NCBI GenBank assembly: GCA_965223155.1
Contig: CBDCVR010000015.1
Location: forward strand, 987,097 to 1,051,096
DNA from: Candidatus Multivoradales bacterium
Lineage (GTDB): Bacteria; Acidobacteriota; Thermoanaerobaculia; Multivoradales; JAHEKO01
DNA: 64,000 nucleotides
Direction of reading: 5' to 3'
Shown: positions 30,471 through 39,551 of the stretch, piece after piece
How the letters are laid out: each line of letters begins with the position of its first letter
How positions within the stretch are numbered: the stretch's first letter is position 1
Notes under the pieces: model-generated
Databases searched by the model: none
What the model saw: the letters and a program-made list of their open reading frames with translations, nothing else
What the model was told of the DNA's origin: nothing
Position numbers and translations under genes: made by a program

Positions 30471-31496
30471 ATGGTCGACGACAGAGCGCTCCTTTCGGGC
30501 AACCCCGACTCCGAGGATCTCGGCGTCGAGGTCTCGCTCCGGCCCCGCTCGCTCGAGGACTACGTCGGCCAGGAACGAGTCGTGCGCAAGATGCGCGTCT
30601 TCCTCGAGGCCGCCCGCGGCCGCGGCGAGGCGCTCGACCACGTCCTGCTCTTCGGCCCGCCCGGACTCGGCAAGACCACCCTGGCCCACATCGTCGCCGC
30701 CGAGATGGGGACCTCGATCCGCACCACCTCGGGACCGGTACTGGAACGAGCCGCCGATCTCGCCGCCATCCTCACCAACCTGGAGCGGGGCGAGGTTCTC
30801 TTCATCGACGAGATCCACCGCCTGGGGCCGACCGTCGAAGAGATCCTCTACCCCGCGCTCGAGGACTACGCCCTGGATCTGGTCATCGGGCAGGGGCCGG
30901 CCGCGCGCACCATGCGTCTCGAGCTGCCGCCCTTCACCCTGGTCGGCGCCACCACCCGTGCCGGCCTGATCACGGCGCCGCTCCGCGCTCGCTTCGGCAT
31001 CGTTCACCGCCTGGACTTCTACGCACCAGCCGAGCTGGGCCGGATCGTGCGCCGCTCCGGGCGGCTTCTCGACATCGAGGTCGACCAGGAAGGCTCGGAG
31101 GAGATCGCCCGCCGGAGCCGGGGCACCCCCAGAATCGCCAACCGGCTGTTGCGCCGGGTGCGCGACTACGCCCAGGTGCACGGCTCGGGACACATCGACC
31201 GGGACGCCGCCGAGAAGGCGCTCGAGCTCCTGGAGGTCGACGAGTACGGCTTCGATGAGGTGGACCGGAAGATCCTGGCGTCGCTTATCGAGCAGTACCA
31301 AGGCGGACCGGCCGGTATCCAGGCCCTGGCCGCCTCGATCGGCGAGGACCGCGGCACTCTCGAGGATCTGTACGAGCCGTACTTGATCCAAGAAGGCTTC
31401 CTGCAGCGAACACCGCGAGGCCGCGTAGCCACTCGCAGGGCCTACGAGCATCTGGGTATCGATCCGCCCGCGGGCTCGGTCGGCTCGCTGTTCTGA
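30471..31496 (+). CDS. ruvB: Holliday junction branch migration ATPase RuvB
   Basis: Walker [21 protein letters not shown], sensor motifs. 341 aa. Confidence 0.95.
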   Translation: MVDDRALLSGNPDSEDLGVEVSLRPRSLEDYVGQERVVRKMRVFLEAARGRGEALDHVLLFGPPGLGKTTLAHIVAAEMGTSIRTTSGPVLERAADLAAILTNLERGEVLFIDEIHRLGPTVEEILYPALEDYALDLVIGQGPAARTMRLELPPFTLVGATTRAGLITAPLRARFGIVHRLDFYAPAELGRIVRRSGRLLDIEVDQEGSEEIARRSRGTPRIANRLLRRVRDYAQVHGSGHIDRDAAEKALELLEVDEYGFDEVDRKILASLIEQYQGGPAGIQALAASIGEDRGTLEDLYEPYLIQEGFLQRTPRGRVATRRAYEHLGIDPPAGSVGSLF

Positions 31497-31504
31497 GCGC
31501 GGCG

Positions 31505-32500
31505 GTGTCCGGCAAGGCGGTCTTGGTTTTCAACCCGTTCGCGGGCCGGCACCGCACCGGCGAGTTGTCCCGAACGGTCGCGGCCGAGCTCGACGGGCAA
31601 GGCTTCTCGGTCACCAGCGTACCCACGCGCGGACCCGGCGATGCCACCACGCGCGCTCGGGTCGCGGCCTCGAGCGGCGCCAGCGCGGTTTTCGCTCTGG
31701 GCGGAGACGGAACGCTGCGCGAATGCGCGGCTGGCCTTGCCGGCTCCGAAACCGCGCTCGGATTCCTTCCCGCCGGAACGGTCAACGTCATGGCCTTCGA
31801 GCTGGGCTTGCCGGGGCGGCCACTCGCCGCCGCCCGCGCCCACCGGAGCTCCCGCGCCCGGGCCTTCGACGTCGGCTACGCCGGGGATGAGACCTTTCTC
31901 ATGCAGTGCTCGGCGGGGTTCGACGCCCGGCTCATCGCCGAGCTCCGTTCCGAGGAGAAGCGGCGGCTGGGCCGGCTGGCGGTGCTGCCGGCGACATTGC
32001 GAAGCCTCGCTCGTTACCGGTTTCCGTCGTTCGGGGTCGAGACCGCCTCGGGCCGGAGCTCGGCCACTCTGGCGGTGGTTTCGAACATTCGGCGCTACGG
32101 CGGTCCCTGGAAGATCGCTCCGGCCGCCTCGACCGAAGATGGCGAGCTCGACCTCGTTCTCCACTCGGGATCGGGCCGCCGGGCGATCCTGGCTTTCGCG
32201 CTACGTCTTCTCTTCGGCCGGCACCTCGCGGGACGGCACTGCCGGCTGGAGCGGGTGCGCGAAGCGACGCTTCTTCCCGCGCCGGGCGCGCCGCGGCAGC
32301 TGGACGGCGAGCGCGGCCCGGCCGCGGAACCCCTTCGCGTCACGGTCGCCCGCCGGGCTCTCCGCATGCTGATCCCGGACCGTGCCTCAGCACGCTCGGC
32401 TGCCTCCGCTGGCTCCGCTGGCTCCGATCGCTCCGATCACTCCGCGAACTCAGTAGATTCCGAGACCGGCCCCGGCTCTGTTGGACGAGACTTCACCTAG
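31505..32500 (+). CDS. Diacylglycerol kinase catalytic-domain family lipid kinase (YegS/BmrU-like)
   Basis: GTG start. The ALGGDGTL motif and overall DAGK_cat layout. The C-terminal tail carries an in-frame 9-bp repeat tract (SAASAGSAGSDRSDHS). Confidence 0.7.
   Translation: MSGKAVLVFNPFAGRHRTGELSRTVAAELDGQGFSVTSVPTRGPGDATTRARVAASSGASAVFALGGDGTLRECAAGLAGSETALGFLPAGTVNVMAFELGLPGRPLAAARAHRSSRARAFDVGYAGDETFLMQCSAGFDARLIAELRSEEKRRLGRLAVLPATLRSLARYRFPSFGVETASGRSSATLAVVSNIRRYGGPWKIAPAASTEDGELDLVLHSGSGRRAILAFALRLLFGRHLAGRHCRLERVREATLLPAPGAPRQLDGERGPAAEPLRVTVARRALRMLIPDRASARSAASAGSAGSDRSDHSANSVDSETGPGSVGRDFT
32402..32443. repeat. 9-bp tandem repeat tract (CCGCTGGCT x2 then CCGATCGCT/CCGATCACT) inside the lipid-kinase gene
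   Basis: A 28-bp segment, ggctccgctggctccgatcgctccgatc (32411-32438), is identical to 40141-40168 in an unrelated gene. Confidence 0.85.
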
Positions 32501-32527
32501 GGAGGCTTCTCGGCCCCTTTCTTCACG

Positions 32528-33433
32528 ATGCCCGAGCTTCCCGATCTCGAGACCTACCTGTCCGCGCTCCGCGCGCGCCTTGCCGGTCAGCGGCTGGAGG
32601 GCGTTCGGCTGGCCAGCCCCTTTCTCCTGCGCTCGGTCGAGCCGCCGCTCTCTGATACCGCCGGGCGGATGATTCTGGGATTCCACCGTCTGGGCAAACG
32701 CATCGTCTTCGAGCTCGAAGACGAGCTCTACCTGGTCCTTCACCTCATGCTCGCCGGTCGGCTCCAGTGGCGGGCGCCGCGGGCGGCAATCCCCAAGCGC
32801 CGTGGGCTTGCCGCTTTCGACGCCGCTTCCGGCACTCTTGTCTTGACCGAGGCGGGCACAACGAAGCGCGCCTCGCTCGTCTGCGTGGCTGGACGCGAGG
32901 CTCTCGCGGACCACGATCCGGGCGGCATCGAGCCGCTCGAGGTCTCGTCCGACCGCTTCGCCGAAGCGCTGACGCGGGAGAATCGGACCGTCAAGCGCGC
33001 GCTCACCGACCCGCGCATTCTGGCCGGGATCGGCAACGCCTATTCGGACGAGATTCTGCACGCCGCGAAGCTTTCGCCCTTCAAGCGTACCCGCGAGCTC
33101 TCGGCCGCCGAACACGCGACCCTCTACAAGGCCACGAGAACCGTCCTGGCAGATTGGACCGAGCGGCTGCTGGTCGAGAGCGAGGACTCCTTCCCGAACC
33201 GGGTGATCGCCTTCCGGCCCGAGATGGCGGTCCACGGGCGCTATCGCGAGCCCTGCCCGGACTGCTCGGAGCCGATCCAGCGGATCCTCTACGCTCGGTC
33301 CGAGGCCAACTACTGCCCGACCTGCCAGACCGGCGGCAAGCTCCTTGCCGACCGGGTGCTGTCGAAGCTTCTGAAGGACGACTGGCCCAAGACCCTCGCG
33401 GAGCTGGAGGAGCGCAAGCGCCCGCCACGCTAG
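32528..33433 (+). CDS. Fpg/Nei-family DNA glycosylase/AP lyase
   Basis: N-terminal MPELPDLE (catalytic Pro2/Glu3), H2TH region, C-terminal zinc finger CPDCSEPIQRI ... CPTCQ. Confidence 0.85.
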   Translation: MPELPDLETYLSALRARLAGQRLEGVRLASPFLLRSVEPPLSDTAGRMILGFHRLGKRIVFELEDELYLVLHLMLAGRLQWRAPRAAIPKRRGLAAFDAASGTLVLTEAGTTKRASLVCVAGREALADHDPGGIEPLEVSSDRFAEALTRENRTVKRALTDPRILAGIGNAYSDEILHAAKLSPFKRTRELSAAEHATLYKATRTVLADWTERLLVESEDSFPNRVIAFRPEMAVHGRYREPCPDCSEPIQRILYARSEANYCPTCQTGGKLLADRVLSKLLKDDWPKTLAELEERKRPPR

Positions 33434-33451
33434 ACTCGGGAGCCGAGGTCG

Positions 33452-33718
33452 ATGTCGATGCCTTCTTCCAGCGATCAAGCCAGCCGCGCGCTCCTGGGGC
33501 GCTTTCTTGCCAAGCTCCGGTTCCCCCAGCTCTTCACCTTGGCCGCGGCGCTTTTCGTCGTCGACCTGGTGGTGCCGGATCTCATCCCGTTCGTGGACGA
33601 GGTGCTCTTGGCGGCCGCGACCTATCTGCTGGCGAACCTGCGCAAGCCCGAAGGGGTCTCGGCCCCGCCGGATGGTCCCAAGCCGCCGATGAAGGACATC
33701 ACCCCGCCCGAGGACTAG
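33452..33718 (+). CDS. Small membrane protein (DUF6116-like)
   Basis: 88 aa; the FPQLFTLAAALFVVDLVVPDLIPFVDEVLLAAATYLLANL hydrophobic core matches the family pattern as I recall it. The tail overlaps the convergent radical-SAM gene. Confidence 0.45.
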   Translation: MSMPSSSDQASRALLGRFLAKLRFPQLFTLAAALFVVDLVVPDLIPFVDEVLLAAATYLLANLRKPEGVSAPPDGPKPPMKDITPPED

Positions 33719-35357
33719 CCGGCGCGGCGACGGGCACAGAGCCTTCCTTGAGGAAGTGCCAGCGCAGGCGCGTTCCCGCCTCCGGCCGCTCGAAGACCTC
33801 GCGCGCGATCCGAGCCTCGAACTCGCGCAGCAGGGCCGCGACCGGAACCCCGGCGGCGGCCCGCTCCAGGACATCGGCGGCGTCCGAGCCGGCCTTGGTG
33901 ATGTAAGCCTGCCAGATCGCCTGGCGCACCGGCATGGTCGAGAGCGACACGTTGGGAATCGCCCGGGCACCCTGGCGCAGCAGGGCGAGCCGGCGCTTCA
34001 AGACGGCGGGGTCCTCGACCGTCGAGCGCTGATAGCCCGTGTACGGCTTGGGGATCAGAATGTTGACCCCGAGATGGATCGCACCCAGACGCCCGGTGGG
34101 AGCCAGCTCTTCGACCATGATCGCCTGGCACTCGCGCGCCAGCTCCAGGATCGCTTCGACATCGGCGTCGGTCTCCCCGGGGAGGCCAACGATGAAGTAG
34201 AGCTTGAGCTGGCGCATGCGGTGGCGGAAGACCAACCGTACCTTGTCGAGCAAGAGGGCGTTCGGGATCGGCTTGTTGAGCTTGACCCGGAGCGAGTCGC
34301 TGCCGGTCTCGGGCGCCAGCGTCAGCGTGCGCTCGCCCGAGGCCCTGAGCGCCGCCAGTAAACCATCGCTCACCGCCGGAATCCGGACCGAGGACAGCGA
34401 GGTGCGAAAGCCGAGCTCGTTGCCGGTTTCGAGGATTCGCTCGAGCTCCGGATGGTCGCCCACGGCGGTGGCGACGAAGCCCAGCCGGTCGGTTACGCCA
34501 CGCGCCCGATCAAGGGCCCCCAGGATGAACCCGGTCGGGTGCCAGCGAAACCGCCCCATGCCGAACGTCGCCCAGCAGTAGCGGCACTTTTCCGGACAGC
34601 CGCGGGACATCTCGATCAGAAACTTGTCCGCGAACTCGGTGCGCGGGGTGACGATGGCGCTGGTGGGCAGATGTCCGGGCAGAGCCATCTGTTCGGCGGT
34701 GAGCTCGAGCTTGGCCAGTTTGGCGAAGTGTTCTCCGGCTCGAGCCTGGTCTTCGGGCCGGTGGTGCTCGGGCACGAAGAACCCGGCGGTCGCCGCCAGA
34801 CGCTCGAGGACCGCCGGCCGCGAGCCTTCTTCGGCAAGCGCCGGCAAAAGCGCCGGCAAGAGGTTCTCGGCGGCACCCAGCGGAAAGACGTCGACGAACT
34901 CGGCCAGCGGCAGGGGGTTGATGGCCGCCGACGCGCCACCCACCAGAACCAGCGGATGGCTGGCGTCGCGCTCGCGCCGGCGCAGCGGGATGCGCGCCCG
35001 GGCCAGCATGTCGAGCATCCGAACGTAGTCCTCTTCGAACGAGATCGAGAAGGCCACGGCGCCCAACTCGGACAGCGGCCGGTCGCTCTCGACCGACCTC
35101 GGCTCCCCGGTGCCGTCGTCGAAGTAGCGCTCGCAGCACCAATCCTCGTACCCATGGACCAGCTCGTAGACGCGGTGAAGCGCCAGCGAGGACATGCCCA
35201 CGTGGTAGCTGTTGGCATAGGCCAGGCCCAGCCGCAAGCGGCCGTGCGGCGAAACGCGCGCCACCGGACGCTCGTCCGCCCGGTGCTCTTCCCAGAACGA
35301 GCGCATTGTGGCCGCATTATTCCAGAGCCTCGGACCCGAAGCGGCGGCGCAAACCAT
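33699..35357 (-). CDS. B12-binding domain-containing radical SAM protein (class B rSAM)
   Basis: CxxxCxxC cluster SRGCPEKCRYCWA; N-terminal cobalamin-binding-like region (RLRLGLAYANSY). ~550 aa. The start is either 35357 or the ATG at 35306. Confidence 0.75.
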   Translation of the reverse strand: MVCAAASGPRLWNNAATMRSFWEEHRADERPVARVSPHGRLRLGLAYANSYHVGMSSLALHRVYELVHGYEDWCCERYFDDGTGEPRSVESDRPLSELGAVAFSISFEEDYVRMLDMLARARIPLRRRERDASHPLVLVGGASAAINPLPLAEFVDVFPLGAAENLLPALLPALAEEGSRPAVLERLAATAGFFVPEHHRPEDQARAGEHFAKLAKLELTAEQMALPGHLPTSAIVTPRTEFADKFLIEMSRGCPEKCRYCWATFGMGRFRWHPTGFILGALDRARGVTDRLGFVATAVGDHPELERILETGNELGFRTSLSSVRIPAVSDGLLAALRASGERTLTLAPETGSDSLRVKLNKPIPNALLLDKVRLVFRHRMRQLKLYFIVGLPGETDADVEAILELARECQAIMVEELAPTGRLGAIHLGVNILIPKPYTGYQRSTVEDPAVLKRRLALLRQGARAIPNVSLSTMPVRQAIWQAYITKAGSDAADVLERAAAGVPVAALLREFEARIAREVFERPEAGTRLRWHFLKEGSVPVAAPASPRAG

Positions 35358-35420
35358 CTTCGTTGAGGCACCGTATAGCCTTCTGTAGACTGGCTCCGCT
35401 TGTTCCGAATCACCTGTCCG

Positions 35421-36173
35421 ATGTCCGGCACGCTACTCATCATGACCCGGGGCGCGGCCGCCGAGGTCCGGCGGCGGCGGCTCCTGCCGCGAGCGGCCGG
35501 CAACGAGCGCGTGCTCCACGCGCTGGGATTCGAGAGCGCCATGGCGGCCGGAGTCCAGGCGGGTTGCCGGATCGTCATCTCCTCTCCGGAGCCCCTGGAT
35601 CCAGCGCTGACCGGCGGCGCCGTCACCCTCCGGCAGCGCGGCCGTACGTTCGGAGAGCGCTTCGCCGACGCCTTGGCCCGCGTCTTCGCCCGCTTCTCCG
35701 GGCCCGTGGTCGTGGTCGGCACCGACACGCCCGATCTCGACGCCGCCCACATCCGGCGCGCCTTCGCCGCGCTCGGATCCGGTCCCGGACGGAGCCGGGT
35801 CGTCTTAGGGCCATCCCGCGATGGCGGCTTCTACCTTCTCGGCGCCAGCCGGCCACTCGAAGACGTGGCCTGGGAGAGCGTGTCCTGGTGCTCTCGGGCC
35901 ACCCGCCAGACGCTTCGCTCGGCGCTCGAACAAGCTGGCCGCGGCGTCGTCTTTCTCCGGCCCCTGGCCGACCTCGACCGGCCGGCCGATCTCGAACGCT
36001 GGCTGGCGGAGCCGTGCCGGTCGGCCGGAGACACACTCTACGCCCTGCGGCGCCGCCTCCGCGGCGAGCTCGCCCGGCCGCAGCCGAACCGGCCGCAGCC
36101 GGGCGCGGCGATCCCGGCGCACCTGGCGGAATCTCTGGCCGCGGCTCCCGACCGCGCGCCGCCTTCCGTCTGA
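35421..36173 (+). CDS. DUF2064 / TIGR04282-family (rSAM/selenodomain-associated transferase 1, GT-A-like) protein of arsenosugar-type clusters
   Basis: VVVVGTDTPDLDAAHIRRAF ... VVLGPSRDGGFYLLG are DUF2064 signatures. Trimmed from TTG 35400 to ATG 35421. Immediately upstream of arsM. Confidence 0.7.
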   Translation: MSGTLLIMTRGAAAEVRRRRLLPRAAGNERVLHALGFESAMAAGVQAGCRIVISSPEPLDPALTGGAVTLRQRGRTFGERFADALARVFARFSGPVVVVGTDTPDLDAAHIRRAFAALGSGPGRSRVVLGPSRDGGFYLLGASRPLEDVAWESVSWCSRATRQTLRSALEQAGRGVVFLRPLADLDRPADLERWLAEPCRSAGDTLYALRRRLRGELARPQPNRPQPGAAIPAHLAESLAAAPDRAPPSV

Positions 36174-36260
36174 GCCGATCTTCGCTCCCCGTACGCGCGG
36201 CCCGGAGGCCGGCGGACGGCACGACTTGACCAGGGCAACCAGAGGAAGGAGGCGAGGCCT

Positions 36261-37421
36261 ATGACGCTCGCAGATGTGGAGAAAGCAGTCCAAGAACGAT
36301 ATAGCCAGGGCGCTCAGGCGCCGGTGGCCGAGCTTTGCTGTCCCGTCGACTACGACCCGAAGTACCTGGAGATCATTCCCGACGAGGTCATCGAGCGCGA
36401 CTACGGCTGCGGCGACCCCAGCCGCTACCTGCGCCCCGGCGAGACGGTCTTGGATCTGGGCAGCGGTACCGGCAAGATCTGTTTCATCGCCGCCCAGGTG
36501 GTCGGGGCCACGGGCCGGGTCATCGGCGTCGACATGACCCCCGACATGCTCGAGGTCGCCCGCCGCAACGCTCCGGTCGTCGCCGAGCGGTTGGGTTACG
36601 CCAACGTCGAGTTCCGCCGCGGCCGGATCCAGGACCTGGCCCTGGATTGGGACTTGATGGATGAGGCGCTGGCGCTGCGGCCAGCCGCCTCCACCGAAGC
36701 GCTGCTCGAAGCCCAGGTCGCGGCTGAGAACCTGCGCCGCGAGCGGCCGCTGGTGGCCGACGGCTCGGTCGACGTGGTGGTGTCGAACTGCGTTCTCAAC
36801 CTGGTCTCGAACGGGGACAAGGCCCGCCTCTTCGCCGAGATCTACCGAGTGCTGGCCGACGGTGGACGGGCGGTCATCTCGGACATCGTCGGCGACGAGC
36901 CCGTGCCCGAGCACCTGCAACACGACGCCGAGCTCTGGAGCGGCTGCATCTCCGGAGCGCTCACCGAGAGCGCTTTCCTCGAGGCATTCGAGGCGGCGGG
37001 CTTTTACGGCGTACGCATCGTCGAGCGCCAGACCGAGCCTTGGCGCACGGTCGAGGGCATCGAGTTTCGCTCGCTGACTCTGGAGGCCTTCAAAGGCAAG
37101 GAGGGGCCCTGTTTCGAGCACAACCAGGCGGTGATTTACAAGGGCCCGTTCAAGGAGGTCCTGGACGACGACGGCCACCGCATGGTCCGAGGCCGGCGCT
37201 ATGCGGTCTGCGCCAAGACCTTCGCGCTGTACGGACGAGAGCCCTACGCCGAGAGCTTCGAGAGGGTCGAGCCCCGGGTGCCGATCGAACCCGGAGACGC
37301 CGCCGCGTTCGATTGCTCGCGCACCGCACTCCGCCACCCGCGAGAGACCAAGGGGCTCGACTACGACCTCACCTCCGAAGCCGCGGAGGCTTGCTGCGCG
37401 CCCGGGAGCGATTGCTGCTGA
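36261..37421 (+). CDS. arsM: Arsenite S-adenosylmethionine methyltransferase ArsM (arsenosugar-biosynthesis type)
   Basis: GGAAGGAGG RBS. N-terminal CC pair (AELCCPVDY), YGCGDP, SAM motif VLDLGSGTG, DMTPDML, VVVSNCVLNL, ELWSGCISGA, and a C-terminal Cys cluster CCAPGSDCC. Same fold and Cys pattern as characterised ArsM/AS3MT. Confidence 0.85.
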   Translation: MTLADVEKAVQERYSQGAQAPVAELCCPVDYDPKYLEIIPDEVIERDYGCGDPSRYLRPGETVLDLGSGTGKICFIAAQVVGATGRVIGVDMTPDMLEVARRNAPVVAERLGYANVEFRRGRIQDLALDWDLMDEALALRPAASTEALLEAQVAAENLRRERPLVADGSVDVVVSNCVLNLVSNGDKARLFAEIYRVLADGGRAVISDIVGDEPVPEHLQHDAELWSGCISGALTESAFLEAFEAAGFYGVRIVERQTEPWRTVEGIEFRSLTLEAFKGKEGPCFEHNQAVIYKGPFKEVLDDDGHRMVRGRRYAVCAKTFALYGREPYAESFERVEPRVPIEPGDAAAFDCSRTALRHPRETKGLDYDLTSEAAEACCAPGSDCC

Positions 37422-38395
37422 TGCCGGACGGAGCCAGCCGGCCTCCGGAGCCCCCGCCCGCACCCGAGGCGCCGTCCGGGGCTTCCCCGCAAGCGGAGTC
37501 GCCGGCTCAGACTGCTCCGCTGGCTCCACTGGCTCCGCTGGCTCCAACAGTCGAGCTCGACCACCTCGACACGCTCTGGTTCCAAGTCGGAGGAACGGTC
37601 TGCAACCTGGCCTGCACCCACTGCTTCGTCTCGTGCTCGCCCACCAACCACACCCACGAGTTCCTCACTCTTGCGGCCATCGAGCCCTATCTGGCCGAAG
37701 CGGCCGAGCTGGGCGTGCGCGAGTTCTACTTCACCGGCGGCGAGCCGTTTCTGAACCCCGAGATGGAAGCCATCCTGGAGCGGACTCTCGCGTCCGGTCC
37801 GGCCACGGTCCTGACCAACGGGTTGCTGCTCGATCCCAAGCGCGCCCGGCGCCTGGCCGAGCTCACCGGGCGCTCGCGCTACTCCCTCGACCTGCGCGTC
37901 TCCCTCGACGGGTACTCGGCCGCGGCCAACGATCCCATCCGGGGCGAGGGCAGCTTCGAGCGCATCCTGGCCGGTATCGGCAATCTCGTCGCCGCCGGCC
38001 TCAACCCGGTCATCACGGTCACCGAGGTCCACGACGAGAACGGCTCGGTGGCGGGCAAGGAGCGGTTCGCGGCGCTCTTGGCCGAGCTCGGCGTCGTCAA
38101 GCCCCGGCTCAAGATCTTGCCGGTCTTCCAGATCGGCGCCGAAGCCGAGCGCAGCAGCGCCTACGCGAGCTGGCAGCGCCTGCGCGAGGGCGACGCGCCC
38201 GAGGAGGGCTGGTCGCACCTCCAGTGCTCGGGCTGCCGCACGGTGACCGACCAGGGCGTCTGGGTCTGCCCGATCCTGGTCAACGAACCCGAGGGCAAGA
38301 TGGGCGAGACGCTGACCGACGCTCTGGACGGCTTCGCGCTGGCTCACCCCGCCTGCTGGACCTGTCACGTCTACGGCGTGAGCTGTCGTACCTGA
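37421..38395 (+). CDS. arsS: Arsenosugar biosynthesis radical SAM protein ArsS (TIGR04167-type rSAM with C-terminal Cys-rich domain; Cys variant, not Sec)
   Basis: ATG overlaps the arsM TGA by 1 nt (TGATG). Radical SAM motif CNLACTHCF. C-terminal Cys-rich tail CSGCRTV ... CPILVN ... HPACWTCHVYGVSCRT. Low-complexity APLAPLAPLAP near the N-terminus comes from a 9-bp repeat insertion. Confidence 0.8.
   Translation: MPDGASRPPEPPPAPEAPSGASPQAESPAQTAPLAPLAPLAPTVELDHLDTLWFQVGGTVCNLACTHCFVSCSPTNHTHEFLTLAAIEPYLAEAAELGVREFYFTGGEPFLNPEMEAILERTLASGPATVLTNGLLLDPKRARRLAELTGRSRYSLDLRVSLDGYSAAANDPIRGEGSFERILAGIGNLVAAGLNPVITVTEVHDENGSVAGKERFAALLAELGVVKPRLKILPVFQIGAEAERSSAYASWQRLREGDAPEEGWSHLQCSGCRTVTDQGVWVCPILVNEPEGKMGETLTDALDGFALAHPACWTCHVYGVSCRT
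37514..37545. repeat. 9-bp tandem repeat (CCGCTGGCT / CCACTGGCT / CCGCTGGCT) inside arsS
   Basis: gctccgctggctccactggctccgctggctcc, encoding PLAPLAPLAP. Confidence 0.85.
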
Positions 38396-38455
38396 CCCGC
38401 CCTGATCCGCCCTGACCCGACTAATCCGACTGACCCGCCCGATCCGCCTGAACCC
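38392..38455. repeat. Intergenic array of about seven degenerate 9-10-bp direct repeats (consensus CCTGACCCGC) starting at the arsS stop codon
   Basis: cctgacccgc cctgatccgc cctgacccga ctaatccgac tgacccgccc gatccgcctg aacc. Confidence 0.8.
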
Positions 38456-38474
38456 AAGAACTCGAAAGCTCGCC

Positions 38475-39515
38475 GTGCCCGACCGCAAACCCCCAGATCT
38501 CTCACAGAGCCCATCCGATCGCGAACGGCGGGCGCGCGCTCGAAAGGCCCAGCACGAGGCGTTCTCCGCGCACAAGGGACTTGCCACCTGGGGAGAAGAC
38601 CTGGTGCCGCTCGAGCGCTTCCGCGCCGCGACCCGAGCGGCCGGCCAGACCCTCTCGGCCGAGGCCCGGCGCACCGCGCGGGCCGAGTTTCTGGCGCCGC
38701 ATCCCGACCCGACGCCGGTCGAGGGTCCCTTCTCCAGGATCCTGGTCTTTGGCGGGGTCTACAGCAACCATCTCGCCCTGGCCGCGGTTCTGGAGACCGC
38801 CAAGAGCCTGGGGGCCGAGGCCGTCTACTGCCTCGGCGACTTGGGCGGCTTCGGGCCCTCGCCCGAGAAGGTCTGGCCGCTTCTCACTTCCGGCGGGGTC
38901 CGCACGCTTCAGGGCAACTACGAGCAGTCTCTGGCGAACGGTCACGAGGACTGCAACTGCGGCTACACCGACCCGCGAGACAACCACTTCGCCGAGCTCT
39001 CCTACCGCTACACCGAGCGCAACTCGTCGGACGCCTTCAAGAAATGGATGGGGCACCTGCCGGCCCGGCGGCGAGTCCGCCTCGGCAAGCACGAGCTTCT
39101 TCTCGTTCACGGTTCGCCCAGACGGGTCAATGAGTTCCTGTTCGACTCCACGACGCCTGACGCGTTTCTGGAGGTTGTTCTCGACCAGGAGCGCGCCGAC
39201 GCGATTCTCTGCACCCATACCGGGCTCCACTGGCAGCGCGCTTTGCCATCCGGGCGCCAGGTCGCGAACGTCGGGGTCATCGGCCGGCCCGCCAACGACG
39301 GCAACACTTCGGTCTGGTACGCGCTCCTGGAAGCCCGCCGAAACGGCGAGCTCGCCATCCGCCTCGAGCCCCTTGCCTACAACCACGAGGCTCTCGCCGA
39401 AGAGATGCGCCGCGAACGGCTGCCCGAGGAGTTCGTCGCCACCATCGAGACCGGCTACTGGACCACCTGTCTCGAGATCCTGCCCGCGCGCGAGCGGGCC
39501 CTCTCGAAGTTCTAG
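38475..39515 (+). CDS. Metallophosphoesterase (calcineurin-like) family protein with an ~85-aa basic N-terminal extension
   Basis: GTG start. ILVFGGVYSN ... CLGDLGGFGP ... GNYE are phosphoesterase motifs I-III; LLVHGSP is the GH-type motif. The start is uncertain. Confidence 0.65.
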   Translation: MPDRKPPDLSQSPSDRERRARARKAQHEAFSAHKGLATWGEDLVPLERFRAATRAAGQTLSAEARRTARAEFLAPHPDPTPVEGPFSRILVFGGVYSNHLALAAVLETAKSLGAEAVYCLGDLGGFGPSPEKVWPLLTSGGVRTLQGNYEQSLANGHEDCNCGYTDPRDNHFAELSYRYTERNSSDAFKKWMGHLPARRRVRLGKHELLLVHGSPRRVNEFLFDSTTPDAFLEVVLDQERADAILCTHTGLHWQRALPSGRQVANVGVIGRPANDGNTSVWYALLEARRNGELAIRLEPLAYNHEALAEEMRRERLPEEFVATIETGYWTTCLEILPARERALSKF

Positions 39516-39551
39516 GACGCCCACGGCCAACCGCGCGAACCAAGGAGACCC

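Noticed and set aside
38393-38474. Possible selenocysteine read-through of the arsS TGA stop (ArsS homologues are often selenoproteins)
   Set aside because: The Cys-rich motif is already complete before the stop (CWTCHVYGVSCRT). The downstream frame is a Pro-rich repeat translation with no conserved residues, and no SECIS-like hairpin is evident.
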